Shown: positions 63,237 to 64,000 of the stretch, piece by piece
How the letters are laid out: every line of letters starts with the position of its first letter
Position numbering within the stretch: the first letter of the stretch is position 1
NCBI GenBank assembly: GCA_013239625.1
Contig: MU054117.1
Location: 250,001-314,000, forward strand
Direction of reading: 5' to 3'
DNA: 64,000 nt
From: Lama guanicoe
Taxonomy: Eukaryota
Program-made: the position numbers and the translations under genes
The notes under the pieces: generated by a model
What the model was told of the DNA's origin: nothing
The model's database searches: none
The model's input: only the letters and a program-made list of their open reading frames with translations

Positions 63237-63531
63237 TATATAATTCTAATCTACATCTTCTCAAGTATGGAAGCTCTAAGGACAGATGGATTTGTTTACA
63301 CATGCTTAGCACATCTCACCTGCACCAACGGTGGCCATTTAAAACATTAAGTCCTAAAGGGCACTGTGAACCCTGCTTCTGGAAGTGGGGCAGAGGGCAG
63401 CAAGGGAGGGGTGGAGTTACTCTTTAAAAGTCTAAGCAGTGTTACTCAGTCTTACAACCGTGGATACAAACTCCTTAGACACACACACTCCGGCACATGA
63501 AGTCACGACCAACACAAGCCAAAGACAATAC

Positions 63532-63652
63532 CTTGGGGTGAGGAAAGCTGCTGCTCCGGCAGCCTCTCCTGAGAGTGGAGTCCCAGGTAGCTGAGAACAA
63601 CGTACTTGGTTTCATAGTGAAATCCCAGAGGCACTGCAGCAGAGGACGCCAT
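63532..63652 (-). CDS. BCL2L13: BCL2L13 first coding exon
   Basis: ATG at 63652: MASSAAVPLGFHYETKYVVLSYLGLHSQERLPEQQLSSPQ(G), donor |gtattg; exon acceptor at 63701/63702. Spliced CDS 121+108+157+70+144+672 = 1272 nt = 423 aa plus stop. Confidence 0.96.
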
Positions 63653-64000
63653 GGGGTTGGCCGGTGGAGCTCCAAAACGTCTGCTTACAGGTGTGGAAGA
63701 CCTAAAACCGAAAGTATCTTTTCAGTTTAAAGCATACTACATACAGCACATTTTCCCAGTGACTCCAATTACTCAACTAAATACAAAATAAATGTTTCTC
63801 AGAATATTCTTCTCAGCAATCTTTAAAGAACATAACTTTAATTTACTTACAAGTAGGGATTACTTACTTACTCAGATTTCCGATCAAAAGCAAATGTCCC
63901 TTCCAAGCTCTCCCTCGTCTGTTTTTCACCTTCGTGGGGAAGATACTCGCTGTGCCCCTACTCTACCTCCACCCTCCACCCTGGCGGTACGTGTTCTCTT

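Noticed and set aside
1..64000. Prokaryotic-type systems (CRISPR arrays, operons, defence islands) or a foreign insert
   Set aside because: No regularly spaced repeats, dense ORF arrays or foreign-composition segment seen; everything fits a spliced mammalian locus

Overview
Mammalian genomic DNA, most likely from a camelid (alpaca, llama or camel), judging by the tRNA-derived Vic-type SINEs and their associated L1 3' ends. The window holds two convergent BCL-2-family genes. BID is complete on the + strand: a CpG-island promoter and non-coding exon 1 near 7.2 kb, then five coding exons at 18556-24763 that splice to 192 aa. BCL2L13 (Bcl-rambo) has its entire CDS on the - strand: six coding exons at 63652-29957 that splice to 423 aa, with exon 1 outside the window. 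The first ~1.9 kb looks like the end of an upstream + strand 3'UTR, probably MICAL3 by synteny. The rest is intron or intergenic DNA with L1, SINE, MIR, LTR and hAT DNA-transposon fossils. Nearly all ORFs in the supplied track are GC-content artefacts. I found no new multi-gene system. The most notable observations are (i) a 38-nt 5' half of tRNA-Gly(TCC) retroposed with a 15-bp target-site duplication and no poly(A) tail; (ii) substitutions at functionally characterised BID residues (granzyme-B Asp to Val, BH3-flanking Asp to Gly, helix-6 KK to KE); (iii) inverted SINE pairs in the BCL2L13 pre-mRNA; and (iv) a hAT/Cheshire-like element that retains a degenerate transposase. Human and mouse comparisons and repeat family names are from memory, not database searches.
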